A stretch of 39,630 nucleotides of DNA. Origin: a virus (lineage: Duplodnaviria > Caudoviricetes). Where the stretch lies: positions 1 through 39,630 of IMG/VR virus record IMGVR_UViG_3300032243_000123, one strand, 5' to 3'. Below, piece after piece: positions 8,375 to 15,795 of the stretch (the stretch's first letter is position 1; every line of letters starts with the position of its first letter). A program made the position numbers and the translations under genes. Under the pieces are notes generated by a model. That model searched no databases. It had not been told where the DNA came from and saw only the letters and a program-made list of their open reading frames with translations.

Positions 8375-9196
8375 TTAAGCCTTTTCTGCCTTCTCTGCAC
8401 GGCGTTTCCAATATGTAACTTGTTTCAATAGGTCAGCATTCTTTTGCTGGTAGTCATTCCTCGATGAGGTAACGGAACGCAACTGTGCCTCGAGGTTTGA
8501 GACTTCTTTACGCAAAGAGCCAAGCGTGGACTCAATCTCTGCCTTGGCTTCTTGAGTAGCTGGAAGCTGTTTGATGGCCAGCTGGTCTTTGAGCTTGGTG
8601 TTCTCTTGCGCCAGCTCTTGATGCTCTGCAGCCATTTCTTTCAGCATATCTTCGTTGTGGTCGTATGCTTGAGGCTTTGCTGGCTTTGCTGGCGGAGCTG
8701 GTGGTGGCTTGGGGGTTGCTGGCTTACCGCCTTTAGGAGGCTTGGGTGGCTTGGGGGCTTTCTGTAAATCAAACTCCTTGCGAAGGCGACCGACAGTCAT
8801 GTGACTCACATTACAAATCTTGGCTATCTTCCTGTCGTCCATCTCGCATATCTCAGGATCAGTCAAAGCCGTGATGACTGTATCGCGCTTCTCTTCATTA
8901 GTACGAGGCATACCATGGGTGGCATTTGCGCCAAGAGAGAAAATGAAAGCGGCGCGTTTTGTGCCATTTATTTGTTCGCACTCGATCTCTTTGAAGCCAG
9001 CCGCCTTGTGTGCGTGATAGCGGTGGAATCCGTCGGCTAGCCAGTAGTGCTTGCCGTCAAAGAAAACAGTAACAGGAGGCATTTTTACGCCGTCTAACAG
9101 AACTTCCGTGTAGTTCCTTACCGCCTCTTCACTAATGCTCTTGCGGGGCTGAGTACCGCCATCCAACCTGATCTTGCTCAGTTCCAGTTTGATCAT
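8375..9196 (-). CDS. ParB/Srx-like N-terminal domain protein with HTH and coiled coil
   Basis: PPVTVF, LADGFHRY, NATHG, HTH DRKIAKICNVSHMTVGRLR, Pro/Lys linker, coiled coil. Confidence 0.8.
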   Translation of the reverse strand: MIKLELSKIRLDGGTQPRKSISEEAVRNYTEVLLDGVKMPPVTVFFDGKHYWLADGFHRYHAHKAAGFKEIECEQINGTKRAAFIFSLGANATHGMPRTNEEKRDTVITALTDPEICEMDDRKIAKICNVSHMTVGRLRKEFDLQKAPKPPKPPKGGKPATPKPPPAPPAKPAKPQAYDHNEDMLKEMAAEHQELAQENTKLKDQLAIKQLPATQEAKAEIESTLGSLRKEVSNLEAQLRSVTSSRNDYQQKNADLLKQVTYWKRRAEKAEKA

Positions 9197-9417
9197 TTTC
9201 TTTCCTTTAATTTGTTATAAAAGTCTCTTGCCTTGATCCATTTCTGAATCACCTCTGCGCGCTGTGGTCGGCTCTTTTTGTGCTGTTCCCATGATAGGAA
9301 TGCGTTAGGAGCTGCATCCCAAGCTGCTTGCCACTTAGCCTCATGAATTCGCAGATTTGCTACTGAGGCCATGTAGGCGTTGTAGGCTTCATCGATTGCC
9401 TGTTTCTTTGTTCTCAA
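9193..9417 (-). CDS. Hypothetical protein
   Basis: GGAGGAG upstream of the TTG start; coupled to the ParB-like gene. Confidence 0.6.
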   Translation of the reverse strand: MRTKKQAIDEAYNAYMASVANLRIHEAKWQAAWDAAPNAFLSWEQHKKSRPQRAEVIQKWIKARDFYNKLKERK

Positions 9418-9568
9418 TCTTCTCCTCCACTTTAATAATTGGTGATTGTTTTATTGCTTCGTACTTAGCCTCTTCGTACCCAATGTCAAAGGCATTCATG
9501 GCCAAAGTAACAGCGTTATCGTCTACGCCAGTTAGTCTTAACAGGCTTGCTAGGTCTTCTTTCTTCAT
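9389..9568 (-). CDS. Hypothetical protein (59 aa)
   Basis: Hand translation MKKEDLASLLRLTGVDDNAVTLAMNAFDIGYEEAKYEAIKQSPIIKVEEKIENKETGNR; ATGA coupling. Confidence 0.6.
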   Translation of the reverse strand: MKKEDLASLLRLTGVDDNAVTLAMNAFDIGYEEAKYEAIKQSPIIKVEEKIENKETGNR

Positions 9569-9666
9569 TCTTCGCTACTCATCATAAATATTGCTACACC
9601 AATAATCACAACGACTGCCCCACCCATGACAAGTAGCATTACTGCCCATGCAATTGTTTCAAGCAT
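9565..9666 (-). CDS. Single-TM micro-protein (33 aa)
   Basis: AAGGAG RBS; MLETIAWAVMLLVMGGAVVVIIGVAIFMMSSEE. Confidence 0.6.
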   Translation of the reverse strand: MLETIAWAVMLLVMGGAVVVIIGVAIFMMSSEE

Positions 9667-9844
9667 TGTTCTTCTCCTTTAACTGTTTCTCCGCCCACCT
9701 TGCACCATGCAAGAAGTCTTCTGATTTAGTTTTGTCTTCGGGTACTTCGCCCCAGTCCAAGCCACGCCAAGGTTTCACATAGTCTTGGATGTCATCATCT
9801 TCTTCTGCTTTTAATTCGTACTCTATTTCTATGCGTTTAGTCAT
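9659..9844 (-). CDS. Hypothetical protein
   Basis: MTKRIEIEY...PWRGL...LKEKN small phage protein; overlap-coupled. Confidence 0.6.
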   Translation of the reverse strand: MTKRIEIEYELKAEEDDDIQDYVKPWRGLDWGEVPEDKTKSEDFLHGARWAEKQLKEKNNA

Positions 9845-10004
9845 CTTCTGTTTCTCCCCACATTGCTTCGTCAACTAACTGACGCTTTACTAACTCTAAT
9901 ACGCCAATCACAGTGGATGTGTACAGCGTCTCGTCATACTTGTGTATCACTTCAAGCAGTTCTTCTGCCAAACCGCCAGCGACTTTGCCTTGGTTAAGAA
10001 TCAT
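9837..10004 (-). CDS. Hypothetical protein
   Basis: AAGGAG RBS before MILNQGKV. Confidence 0.6.
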   Translation of the reverse strand: MILNQGKVAGGLAEELLEVIHKYDETLYTSTVIGVLELVKRQLVDEAMWGETEDD

Positions 10005-10171
10005 GCGTTCTTCTCCTTGTTTCTGTCCCACTGTTCTCCAAACAGTTCGTCACCCATAGCCCACTGCAAGAGCATGGTGTACATAAGGTGTTCAGAGCCA
10101 GCGTTGCAAGCCCGCTCTGCCCAGTACAGGCTGTTGTTCTTTGCGCCTTCTATGTATTGCTCTCTAGTCAT
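10001..10171 (-). CDS. Hypothetical protein (56 aa)
   Basis: Hand translation MTREQYIEGAKNNSLYWAERACNAGSEHLMYTMLLQWAMGDELFGEQWDRNKEKNA; ATGA coupling at both ends. Confidence 0.6.
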   Translation of the reverse strand: MTREQYIEGAKNNSLYWAERACNAGSEHLMYTMLLQWAMGDELFGEQWDRNKEKNA

Positions 10172-10527
10172 GTGTTTTTATTCATGAGTTTTTCTTGTAC
10201 TGCGACCAGCAAACTAAATGAATTGTCTTTATGTTTTACACACAACTCAAAACATTCTTCCTTTGTCAAATCAACCCAAGGCTTCTCCAACCTAGATAGT
10301 CGGTCACCCAACTCGCGTATACATACCCTAGCGATTGCTAGTTCGTCCATCAGCCTACGCACATGGTCTTGATGCGATGCAATCATGCGGTTGTTTGCTG
10401 GCACTTCATACACGGCAGGACGGCTTATCTTTTCCTCCCGTGTTGTCTTACGCATAGCCCTGATGTACTCTTGCTTAACGCGAGACTCCATCTCTATGCG
10501 GTTGAACTCTTCGTCTTCTGGTGTCAT
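10168..10527 (-). CDS. Hypothetical protein
   Basis: GAGG RBS; ATGA overlaps. Confidence 0.65.
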   Translation of the reverse strand: MTPEDEEFNRIEMESRVKQEYIRAMRKTTREEKISRPAVYEVPANNRMIASHQDHVRRLMDELAIARVCIRELGDRLSRLEKPWVDLTKEECFELCVKHKDNSFSLLVAVQEKLMNKNT

Positions 10528-10727
10528 GCTTCCCTCGCTTTCATCATTGCGTCTGCAACTGCGTAAGCAAACTGTGCAAGTTCTTCATTGAGATACCTAA
10601 TGCCTGAGTTTTCAGACAACATACCTTGCATAGCCTTAGCCGCAAAGTAATCACGCATGGTCATGCCTTTGTGACCACGCATAGTTTCACCATTGTCTAT
10701 TTGCCACGGGAATGCTGATTCATTCAT
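10524..10727 (-). CDS. Conserved small phage protein (AFP...GMTxRDYFAAKAMQG type)
   Basis: Motifs AFP, GMTMRDYFAAKAMQG, AYAVADAMMKAR. Confidence 0.8.
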   Translation of the reverse strand: MNESAFPWQIDNGETMRGHKGMTMRDYFAAKAMQGMLSENSGIRYLNEELAQFAYAVADAMMKAREA

Positions 10728-10870
10728 GGTTCGTCCCTTTCAAGTATTTGTTTATGGCCGCATGTGTCGCAGAACCAGTAGCTCCAATGCGGTTGTGTTG
10801 CTAGCTCTCCGTTACAGACGGGACAAGTAGGATACTCATCGTCGTCCAGCTCGTTATCAGAATATACCAT
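10724..10870 (-). CDS. Small zinc-ribbon protein (48 aa)
   Basis: GAGGTG RBS before ATG 10870; CPVC...CDTC; the longer track start at 10984 lacks an RBS. Confidence 0.65.
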   Translation of the reverse strand: MVYSDNELDDDEYPTCPVCNGELATQPHWSYWFCDTCGHKQILERDEP

Positions 10871-11202
10871 ATGCACCTCATGTAAATGTTGTAAGTCATC
10901 TGTGATATCACCAAGTCTGAAACTCCTTACCCGTTGACCCTCCCTCCCATAGGAGGCGGGCCAAGGCTCTTTATCAGCGAGCATTGTTGAGTTTTTAAGT
11001 CAACTATCGGACTGCCAATCCGCCTCCCTTGCATTTTTGGATGCATCCATGGGGTATGTGTAACAAGTTACATCGCTGTTTATTCTTTTCGATTTCTCTA
11101 CTCAGAGGCGCGGGTCACGCCGAGGTTCCGTGTTTTCTTCCGCGCAGCCCATACAGGCTCTTACTAACGTGCGGAGTACGGTTGGCGTAGAAAATACAGA
11201 CG

Positions 11203-11325
11203 AAAAAAAGCCGCTTACAACTGCGTCCGGTAGGAACCTTACCTAAATACACCACTCGGTACTTAGGTAAAGCGGAACGCATGTGTAAACGGCTTTAACT
11301 ACTCTGTCGCTTCCTACGGCAACAG
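11203..11325 (-). ncRNA. Structured leader/small RNA with loop-bulge complementarity and terminal U-tract
   Basis: 5' hairpin CTGTTGC-CGTAGGAA-GCGACAG; long nested stem AAAGCCGTTTACA/TGTAAGCGGCTTT, TGCGTTCCG/CGGACGCA, CTTTACCTAAGTAC/GTATTTAGGTAAGG with a TTCCTAC bulge; ends in T7. Confidence 0.7.
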
Positions 11326-11330
11326 TTCGG

Positions 11331-11358
11331 ATTATACACAAAAAAATCCCCAGCACAA
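11331..11358 (-). promoter_or_regulatory. Sigma70 promoter of the replication operon
   Basis: TTGTGC-16 nt-TATAAT on the minus strand; predicted start about 11324, at the first hairpin. Confidence 0.65.
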
Positions 11359-11367
11359 GCTAGGGAT
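11340..11367 (-). terminator. Intrinsic terminator after ruvC
   Basis: ATCCCTAGC-TTGT-GCTGGGGAT hairpin followed by a T run; overlaps the -35 of the downstream promoter. Confidence 0.75.
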
Positions 11368-11398
11368 AAGTACGGCAACTGCGATCACCTGTACGAGA

Positions 11399-11863
11399 TT
11401 ATTCTATCCCGTAATAAGCGATCAGAGCTGCGTCAGCAAGAGCTTGGCCGGCGCCCTTTTTATCGAGCTCACGCCACTCTGGCCACATCTGTATAGCGCG
11501 CGATCTAGATGCATCTTTGTCTGTACCGATTAACCCAGCCCGCTTTTTCCAAGCTTGAGGTGGAACAAGTTCCACTGGCATCTTGAATGCCCCCAATATG
11601 CCGGCAATTACTCCGCAGGAATGCCCAAAACTAAACATCGATGAAACCCCTTGCCCCGGCATTGCCCCTACTTGTTCTACATACACCTGTACAGGGACAT
11701 AACTGGCTGAGTAAGGCCTGAGCATAGCCGCCAACGCGCTTGCGTTTACTCTGGAACTCTTACCAATCTTCATGATGGGCATACGAAATGCGTCCGATGG
11801 TTGGCCGTTGTAGAGCACAACGATAGCCCCTGAAATGCCGGGGTCGATACCTATTTTTCGCAT
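11399..11863 (-). CDS. ruvC: RuvC-like Holliday junction resolvase
   Basis: IGIDPGISGA, VYVEQV, QGVSSMFSFG, PQAWKK, ADAALIA; start trimmed to MRKIGIDPG. Confidence 0.88.
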   Translation of the reverse strand: MRKIGIDPGISGAIVVLYNGQPSDAFRMPIMKIGKSSRVNASALAAMLRPYSASYVPVQVYVEQVGAMPGQGVSSMFSFGHSCGVIAGILGAFKMPVELVPPQAWKKRAGLIGTDKDASRSRAIQMWPEWRELDKKGAGQALADAALIAYYGIE

Positions 11864-11889
11864 ACTTTTCCTTGGTAAATAAAAAAAAC

Positions 11890-11919
11890 TTGCAAGACAT
11901 GACAGAACATGGGTACAAT
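11890..11919 (+). promoter_or_regulatory. Sigma70 promoter of the recombination operon
   Basis: A-tract, then TTGCAA-18 nt-TACAAT; AAGGAG RBS downstream. Confidence 0.65.
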
Positions 11920-11950
11920 GTGTTGCCATTCTACATTAAAGGAGCAAATC

Positions 11951-12829
11951 GTGATTATCACGAACAAGTTCAACCTTCCCCAGACCTTCGTGAACATCAT
12001 GAAGCGTCCCACATACTCTAAGGGCAGAGCACACCTATCAGCCACAGAGATCATCAACAGCCCGCGTATTGTGCTCTTGCGTAAGAAGCATGAGGACAAG
12101 ATCGAGAGCGACGTAACAGAGATGGTTTGGTCTATCTTTGGCACTGCGATCCACGGCGTCCTCGAGCACGGCAAGGACGACAACCACCTAGTCGAAGAGC
12201 GCATCAGCACAACGCTAGACGGCTGGAACATTTCTGGTGCCATCGACCTACAGATCGTCAACGAAGACGGCAGTATCACTATCAACGACTACAAGACCTG
12301 TGCCGCTTGGTCGGTCATGAATGAGAAGATTGACTGGGAGTACCAGCTCAACATCTACGCATGGCTGGTTGAGAAGGTTAAACAAGTTCCAGTGACCAAA
12401 CTAGAGATCGTAGCCGTGATCCGCGATTGGAGTCGCCGTGATGCAGCTGTCAAGCAAAACTACCCAGACGCCCCGATCAAGGTTATACCGATCAATCTGT
12501 GGCCGTTTGAGCAACGCGAGAAGTTCATCCAAGACAGGATCACCCTCCACTCCAATGCTCTATTCGAGTCAGAGACAGGCGAGGAACTCCCACCCTGTAC
12601 ACCTGATGAGATGTGGGAGAAGCAAACCACCTACGCCGTCAAGAAAAAGGGCGGTGTCAAGGCTAGGAATGTATGCCCCACAGAGGAAGAGGCCAACGCC
12701 AAGCTGGCTGAGTACGGCAAAGATTACGAAATAGAAGTGCGCCTTGGGGAGAGAACCCGTTGCGCTAACTTCTGCTCGGTTCGTCCATTTTGTTCACAGT
12801 GGGAGGAATATGTTCTTCAACAACAGTAA
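11951..12829 (+). CDS. PD-(D/E)XK exonuclease (Cas4/RecB-like)
   Basis: GTAIH, SGAID, INDYKT, QLNIY, C-terminal RCxxFCxVxxFC; GTG start after AAGGAG. Confidence 0.85.
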   Translation: MIITNKFNLPQTFVNIMKRPTYSKGRAHLSATEIINSPRIVLLRKKHEDKIESDVTEMVWSIFGTAIHGVLEHGKDDNHLVEERISTTLDGWNISGAIDLQIVNEDGSITINDYKTCAAWSVMNEKIDWEYQLNIYAWLVEKVKQVPVTKLEIVAVIRDWSRRDAAVKQNYPDAPIKVIPINLWPFEQREKFIQDRITLHSNALFESETGEELPPCTPDEMWEKQTTYAVKKKGGVKARNVCPTEEEANAKLAEYGKDYEIEVRLGERTRCANFCSVRPFCSQWEEYVLQQQ

Positions 12830-12989
12830 ACCTGATTGTCAAAAGATATGGAGGCTCCAAGGATGGGTGCCTTCGACAGAGTACAGAACGGACTATCTGT
12901 TCTTACACAAGTGGGGTACCAAATTAGCTGGCACCCCGAAACGTAAACCCGGCCCAAAAGGGCCATGGAAATATGGAGTGAAAGCATGA
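12810..12989 (+). CDS. Small basic protein
   Basis: GGAGG RBS before ATG 12810; GTPKRKPGPK tail. Confidence 0.55.
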   Translation: MFFNNSKPDCQKIWRLQGWVPSTEYRTDYLFLHKWGTKLAGTPKRKPGPKGPWKYGVKA

Positions 12990-13351
12990 TTGAAATAGAG
13001 TTAACAAAAGCCGAAGCCCTCTTGTGCATGGAGCTTATCAGGCACAACACCGACGAACTGCTTGAGCAAATTTCTCGAGGGATAGACGATGAAATTACCC
13101 TATCAGAAATGGAGGGGACTGCTCAAGAAAACTACCAAATCAACCTGAAGAACGAAGCCGACAAAGTGCCAAAACTTGAGGCCGAGATTAAGCAACTGCG
13201 CGCCAAGATAGATTCAGAGAATTTGTCATCTAAGTTGAACAAGATTAAGTTTCCAGAAATTAATCTAAACCTTGCCCCCTACGGCTACAAAAAAGATGGC
13301 ACACCTAAAAAGCGCGCTGGTCGTCCACGCATTGACGATCTTCCTTTCTGA
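12986..13351 (+). CDS. Coiled-coil protein with AT-hook-like tail
   Basis: GGAG RBS; APYGYKKDGTPKKRAGRPR; ends DDLPF. Confidence 0.7.
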   Translation: MIEIELTKAEALLCMELIRHNTDELLEQISRGIDDEITLSEMEGTAQENYQINLKNEADKVPKLEAEIKQLRAKIDSENLSSKLNKIKFPEINLNLAPYGYKKDGTPKKRAGRPRIDDLPF

Positions 13352-13572
13352 TGGAAGTCAGAGAAATGCGACCCGACTACGCCATGAAGTTCACTAACCC
13401 AGAGGGACAGATCATTGGAACATTGGACTTCAATGGCTGGGTTATGACGTTTGATGGCGCTGCAGAAGAGAGCGCTATTAATTTCTTCCACCTAGTCTCG
13501 CAGATGTTCTCGAAACGTCTGGACGAGGAATATCAACGCGGTCTAACAGAAAGAAAACATGACAGTATTTAG
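13351..13572 (+). CDS. Hypothetical protein
   Basis: TGATG coupling. Confidence 0.65.
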   Translation: MEVREMRPDYAMKFTNPEGQIIGTLDFNGWVMTFDGAAEESAINFFHLVSQMFSKRLDEEYQRGLTERKHDSI

Positions 13573-14239
13573 AAAACTACAAGCCGTGAGACATGAGCTG
13601 GTCAACTCGGGAATCAAGAAGACCGGCCACAACGCATTTGGCGGTTGGAACTATTACGAGCTGGGTGACTTCATCCCTACAGCCCACAAGCTGTTCGATG
13701 CGGTAGGCCTGTGCGGTGTTGTTCGGTTTGGCGATAACGCAACCCTGACAATCTACGATACAGATGATGGCTCATCCGTTGTCTTCACAACTCCCATCGT
13801 CTATGCAGAAGCAGCTAAAGGCCAGCCTATCCAGCTCCTTGGTAGCACACATACCTACATTCGGAGGTACCTCTGGTTGCTGGCGCTCGAGCTGGTCGAA
13901 GCCGATTCAGTGGACGCTGAGAAGCAAGTAGAGAAAAAGGAAACGATCAAGATCGATCCACCCAAGCCTAAGCAAAAGCCTTTACCTATCCCTCCGCCAT
14001 TCAAGAACGACATGGTTCAGTGGGAGATCAAAGTAACTGAAAGCACCGAAGCCAACTGGGGCGACATCGTTATGGATGCAGCCAAGGTTTGCTTGGAGCT
14101 AACCAAATCGGCTGAAGATGTGCAGAACATTTTCAAGACAAACCGAACTCTCTTTGACAAGCTCAAAGTTGATCACCCTGAGCAGTACGACGAACTGCTT
14201 GAATTGTTTAAAAAAGAAAAACTGTCCTTTAAGGAGTAA
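13559..14239 (+). CDS. erf: ERF-family ssDNA annealing protein
   Basis: KKTGHNAFGGWNYYELGD and QLLGSTHTYIRRY ERF motifs; in the exonuclease operon. Confidence 0.85.
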   Translation: MTVFRKLQAVRHELVNSGIKKTGHNAFGGWNYYELGDFIPTAHKLFDAVGLCGVVRFGDNATLTIYDTDDGSSVVFTTPIVYAEAAKGQPIQLLGSTHTYIRRYLWLLALELVEADSVDAEKQVEKKETIKIDPPKPKQKPLPIPPPFKNDMVQWEIKVTESTEANWGDIVMDAAKVCLELTKSAEDVQNIFKTNRTLFDKLKVDHPEQYDELLELFKKEKLSFKE

Positions 14240-14242
14240 ACC

Positions 14243-14503
14243 ATGGACTATCCAAATCGCGGCACCTTGTGGATGAACAAGTACAAGAAGAAAGATATTC
14301 AGCCTGACATGACGGGCGATATCAAGATTGAGCTTGAGCTCATGAAGCAACTCATGGAGAGCGCTGAGTCAGATCACGTTGTCATCAAGCTTGACGCTTG
14401 GGTGAGCAAAGACAAAGACGGCAATCGCAAGGTTGGTTTGAAGATCAACACCTACAAGAAGGAAGGCGAGGCATCTTCTGCAAAGGATCCATGGGATGAC
14501 TGA
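14243..14503 (+). CDS. Putative ssDNA-binding protein
   Basis: NRGTLW...QPDMTG...AW pattern, acidic/aromatic tail DPWDD; follows erf. Confidence 0.6.
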   Translation: MDYPNRGTLWMNKYKKKDIQPDMTGDIKIELELMKQLMESAESDHVVIKLDAWVSKDKDGNRKVGLKINTYKKEGEASSAKDPWDD

Positions 14504-14921
14504 TAACACCATTCAGTTTGAAGGTGTCAAGATGGGTTTGAAACAATCCAAGGACGGCTATGTGTTGACCTTGGCTGTTCACCCCGATGAGCTACCAGAC
14601 GCGATGATGCGAGACTTTGTTGGCTCGCGTTACGTTGTTGTGATGGTTCGTCTGGGTGATGATGAGCAACCCATGACCCGAGAGAACGAGTTCCCCGGAG
14701 ATCACGCTGTGAAGATGGCTGGTATCCTCTGCCGAGATCCTGAGTTCTGGGACTGGCTACACGCCAAAGAGTGGCTTATGGAAAAGAACGAGAAGGCTTG
14801 CTCTGAGTGGATTTACTCCTACATTGGTATCGAGTCCCGCAAGGAGCTCAAGACCAATCAAGAGGCGCGCGAGTTATTTAACAGACTAAAAGCCAGTTTT
14901 GAGGCTTGGAGAAACCAATGA
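14496..14921 (+). CDS. Hypothetical protein
   Basis: Coupled ORF; AGILCRDPEFW...GIESRKEL pattern. Confidence 0.7.
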   Translation: MTDNTIQFEGVKMGLKQSKDGYVLTLAVHPDELPDAMMRDFVGSRYVVVMVRLGDDEQPMTRENEFPGDHAVKMAGILCRDPEFWDWLHAKEWLMEKNEKACSEWIYSYIGIESRKELKTNQEARELFNRLKASFEAWRNQ

Positions 14922-15190
14922 AAAACCTAGTACCCTATAGCGTGTACTTACCAGTTGAGTACTACGACAAAATTAAAGAGCTGGCTAAAGAACGAAAGGC
15001 CTCTAGCACTGTTAGAGACGCCATTTGTATGATCTTGGACGGCGACGATAAATTCCAAGCTGGCTATAACAAAGCCATCAAAGACGCCATAAAAGAGATT
15101 GACGCCATTAAGGAGATCGAGCATATTGCCATACGCGGGAAGTACTTAAACGACCTGTTGGCAACTCAGCTCAAACAATTGGGGGCATAG
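14918..15190 (+). CDS. Ribbon-helix-helix-like DNA-binding protein
   Basis: YSVYLP beta strand followed by helices with SSTVRDAI. Confidence 0.6.
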   Translation: MKNLVPYSVYLPVEYYDKIKELAKERKASSTVRDAICMILDGDDKFQAGYNKAIKDAIKEIDAIKEIEHIAIRGKYLNDLLATQLKQLGA

Positions 15191-15382
15191 ATGCCAGACC
15201 ACGACCAAAACTTGCGGGATTTGGCTGCCATGTTTGCCATGGTTGGCCTTATCCAAAAGAACTCAGATCCATTTGAGGTTACGAAAGATGCTTTTATTTA
15301 CGCCGATCATTACATGGACGCACGAAAGAAAGATGAGGAGGGAATTGTTGCCATCCCAAAACGAAGAAAGGCCGAAGCTTAG
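15191..15382 (+). CDS. Small protein resembling the 10524-10727 product
   Basis: LRDLAAMFAMVG...AFIYADHYMDAR. Confidence 0.65.
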   Translation: MPDHDQNLRDLAAMFAMVGLIQKNSDPFEVTKDAFIYADHYMDARKKDEEGIVAIPKRRKAEA

Positions 15383-15533
15383 AGTCTACGGAAAAAGGTT
15401 CTGCGCCACTTGCGGGTACTCTAAGAACTTAGATACTGGTAGGGTTGTAGATTACAGAACAGACCGATGGGTTTGTTTCCCATGTTTAGAGAATCCACCA
15501 CCCAAAGATGTATCGGAACAAGAAACTGACTGA
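15348..15533 (+). CDS. Possible small Zn-finger protein (start uncertain)
   Basis: CATC...CFPC fills the gap 15383-15507; GGAGG upstream of TTG codons near 15345-15348. Confidence 0.45.
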   Translation: MPSQNEERPKLRVYGKRFCATCGYSKNLDTGRVVDYRTDRWVCFPCLENPPPKDVSEQETD

Positions 15534-15795
15534 CGCTGCCCGCTTGCTACCTTGCCAACACTGCGGAACAAGTGACGGCACTGTAGTAGCGGCGCACTCC
15601 AACCAGCTGCGCGACGGCAAGGGGCGTGGGCTCAAAGCTCATGATTATCGAATCGCATCTTTATGCTACAGATGCCACGCTGATCTAGACCAAGGAGCCA
15701 AGATGTCCAAGCAAGAACGTGTTGATATGTGGGAAGAAGCCCATCGCAAAACGATAGGCCTCTTTTTTGAGCAGGAGATTATTGGGCTACTTTAA
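15508..15795 (+). CDS. YbcO/DUF1364-like HNH-type nuclease
   Basis: PCQHCG, VVAAH, GRGLKAHD, LCYRCHADLD. Confidence 0.75.
   Translation: MYRNKKLTDAARLLPCQHCGTSDGTVVAAHSNQLRDGKGRGLKAHDYRIASLCYRCHADLDQGAKMSKQERVDMWEEAHRKTIGLFFEQEIIGLL

Noticed and set aside
10871-10984. N-terminal extension of the zinc-ribbon ORF
   Set aside because: No RBS and lies in hairpin-rich leader; ATG 10870 has GAGGTG
11203-11325. Possible tRNA or CRISPR repeat
   Set aside because: No cloverleaf, T-loop or CCA, and no repeat-spacer periodicity; no tRNA or CRISPR array was seen anywhere in the window
11951-12829. Cas4 as evidence of a CRISPR system
   Set aside because: No cas1/cas2 or array; context with erf and an SSB-like gene indicates a recombination exonuclease
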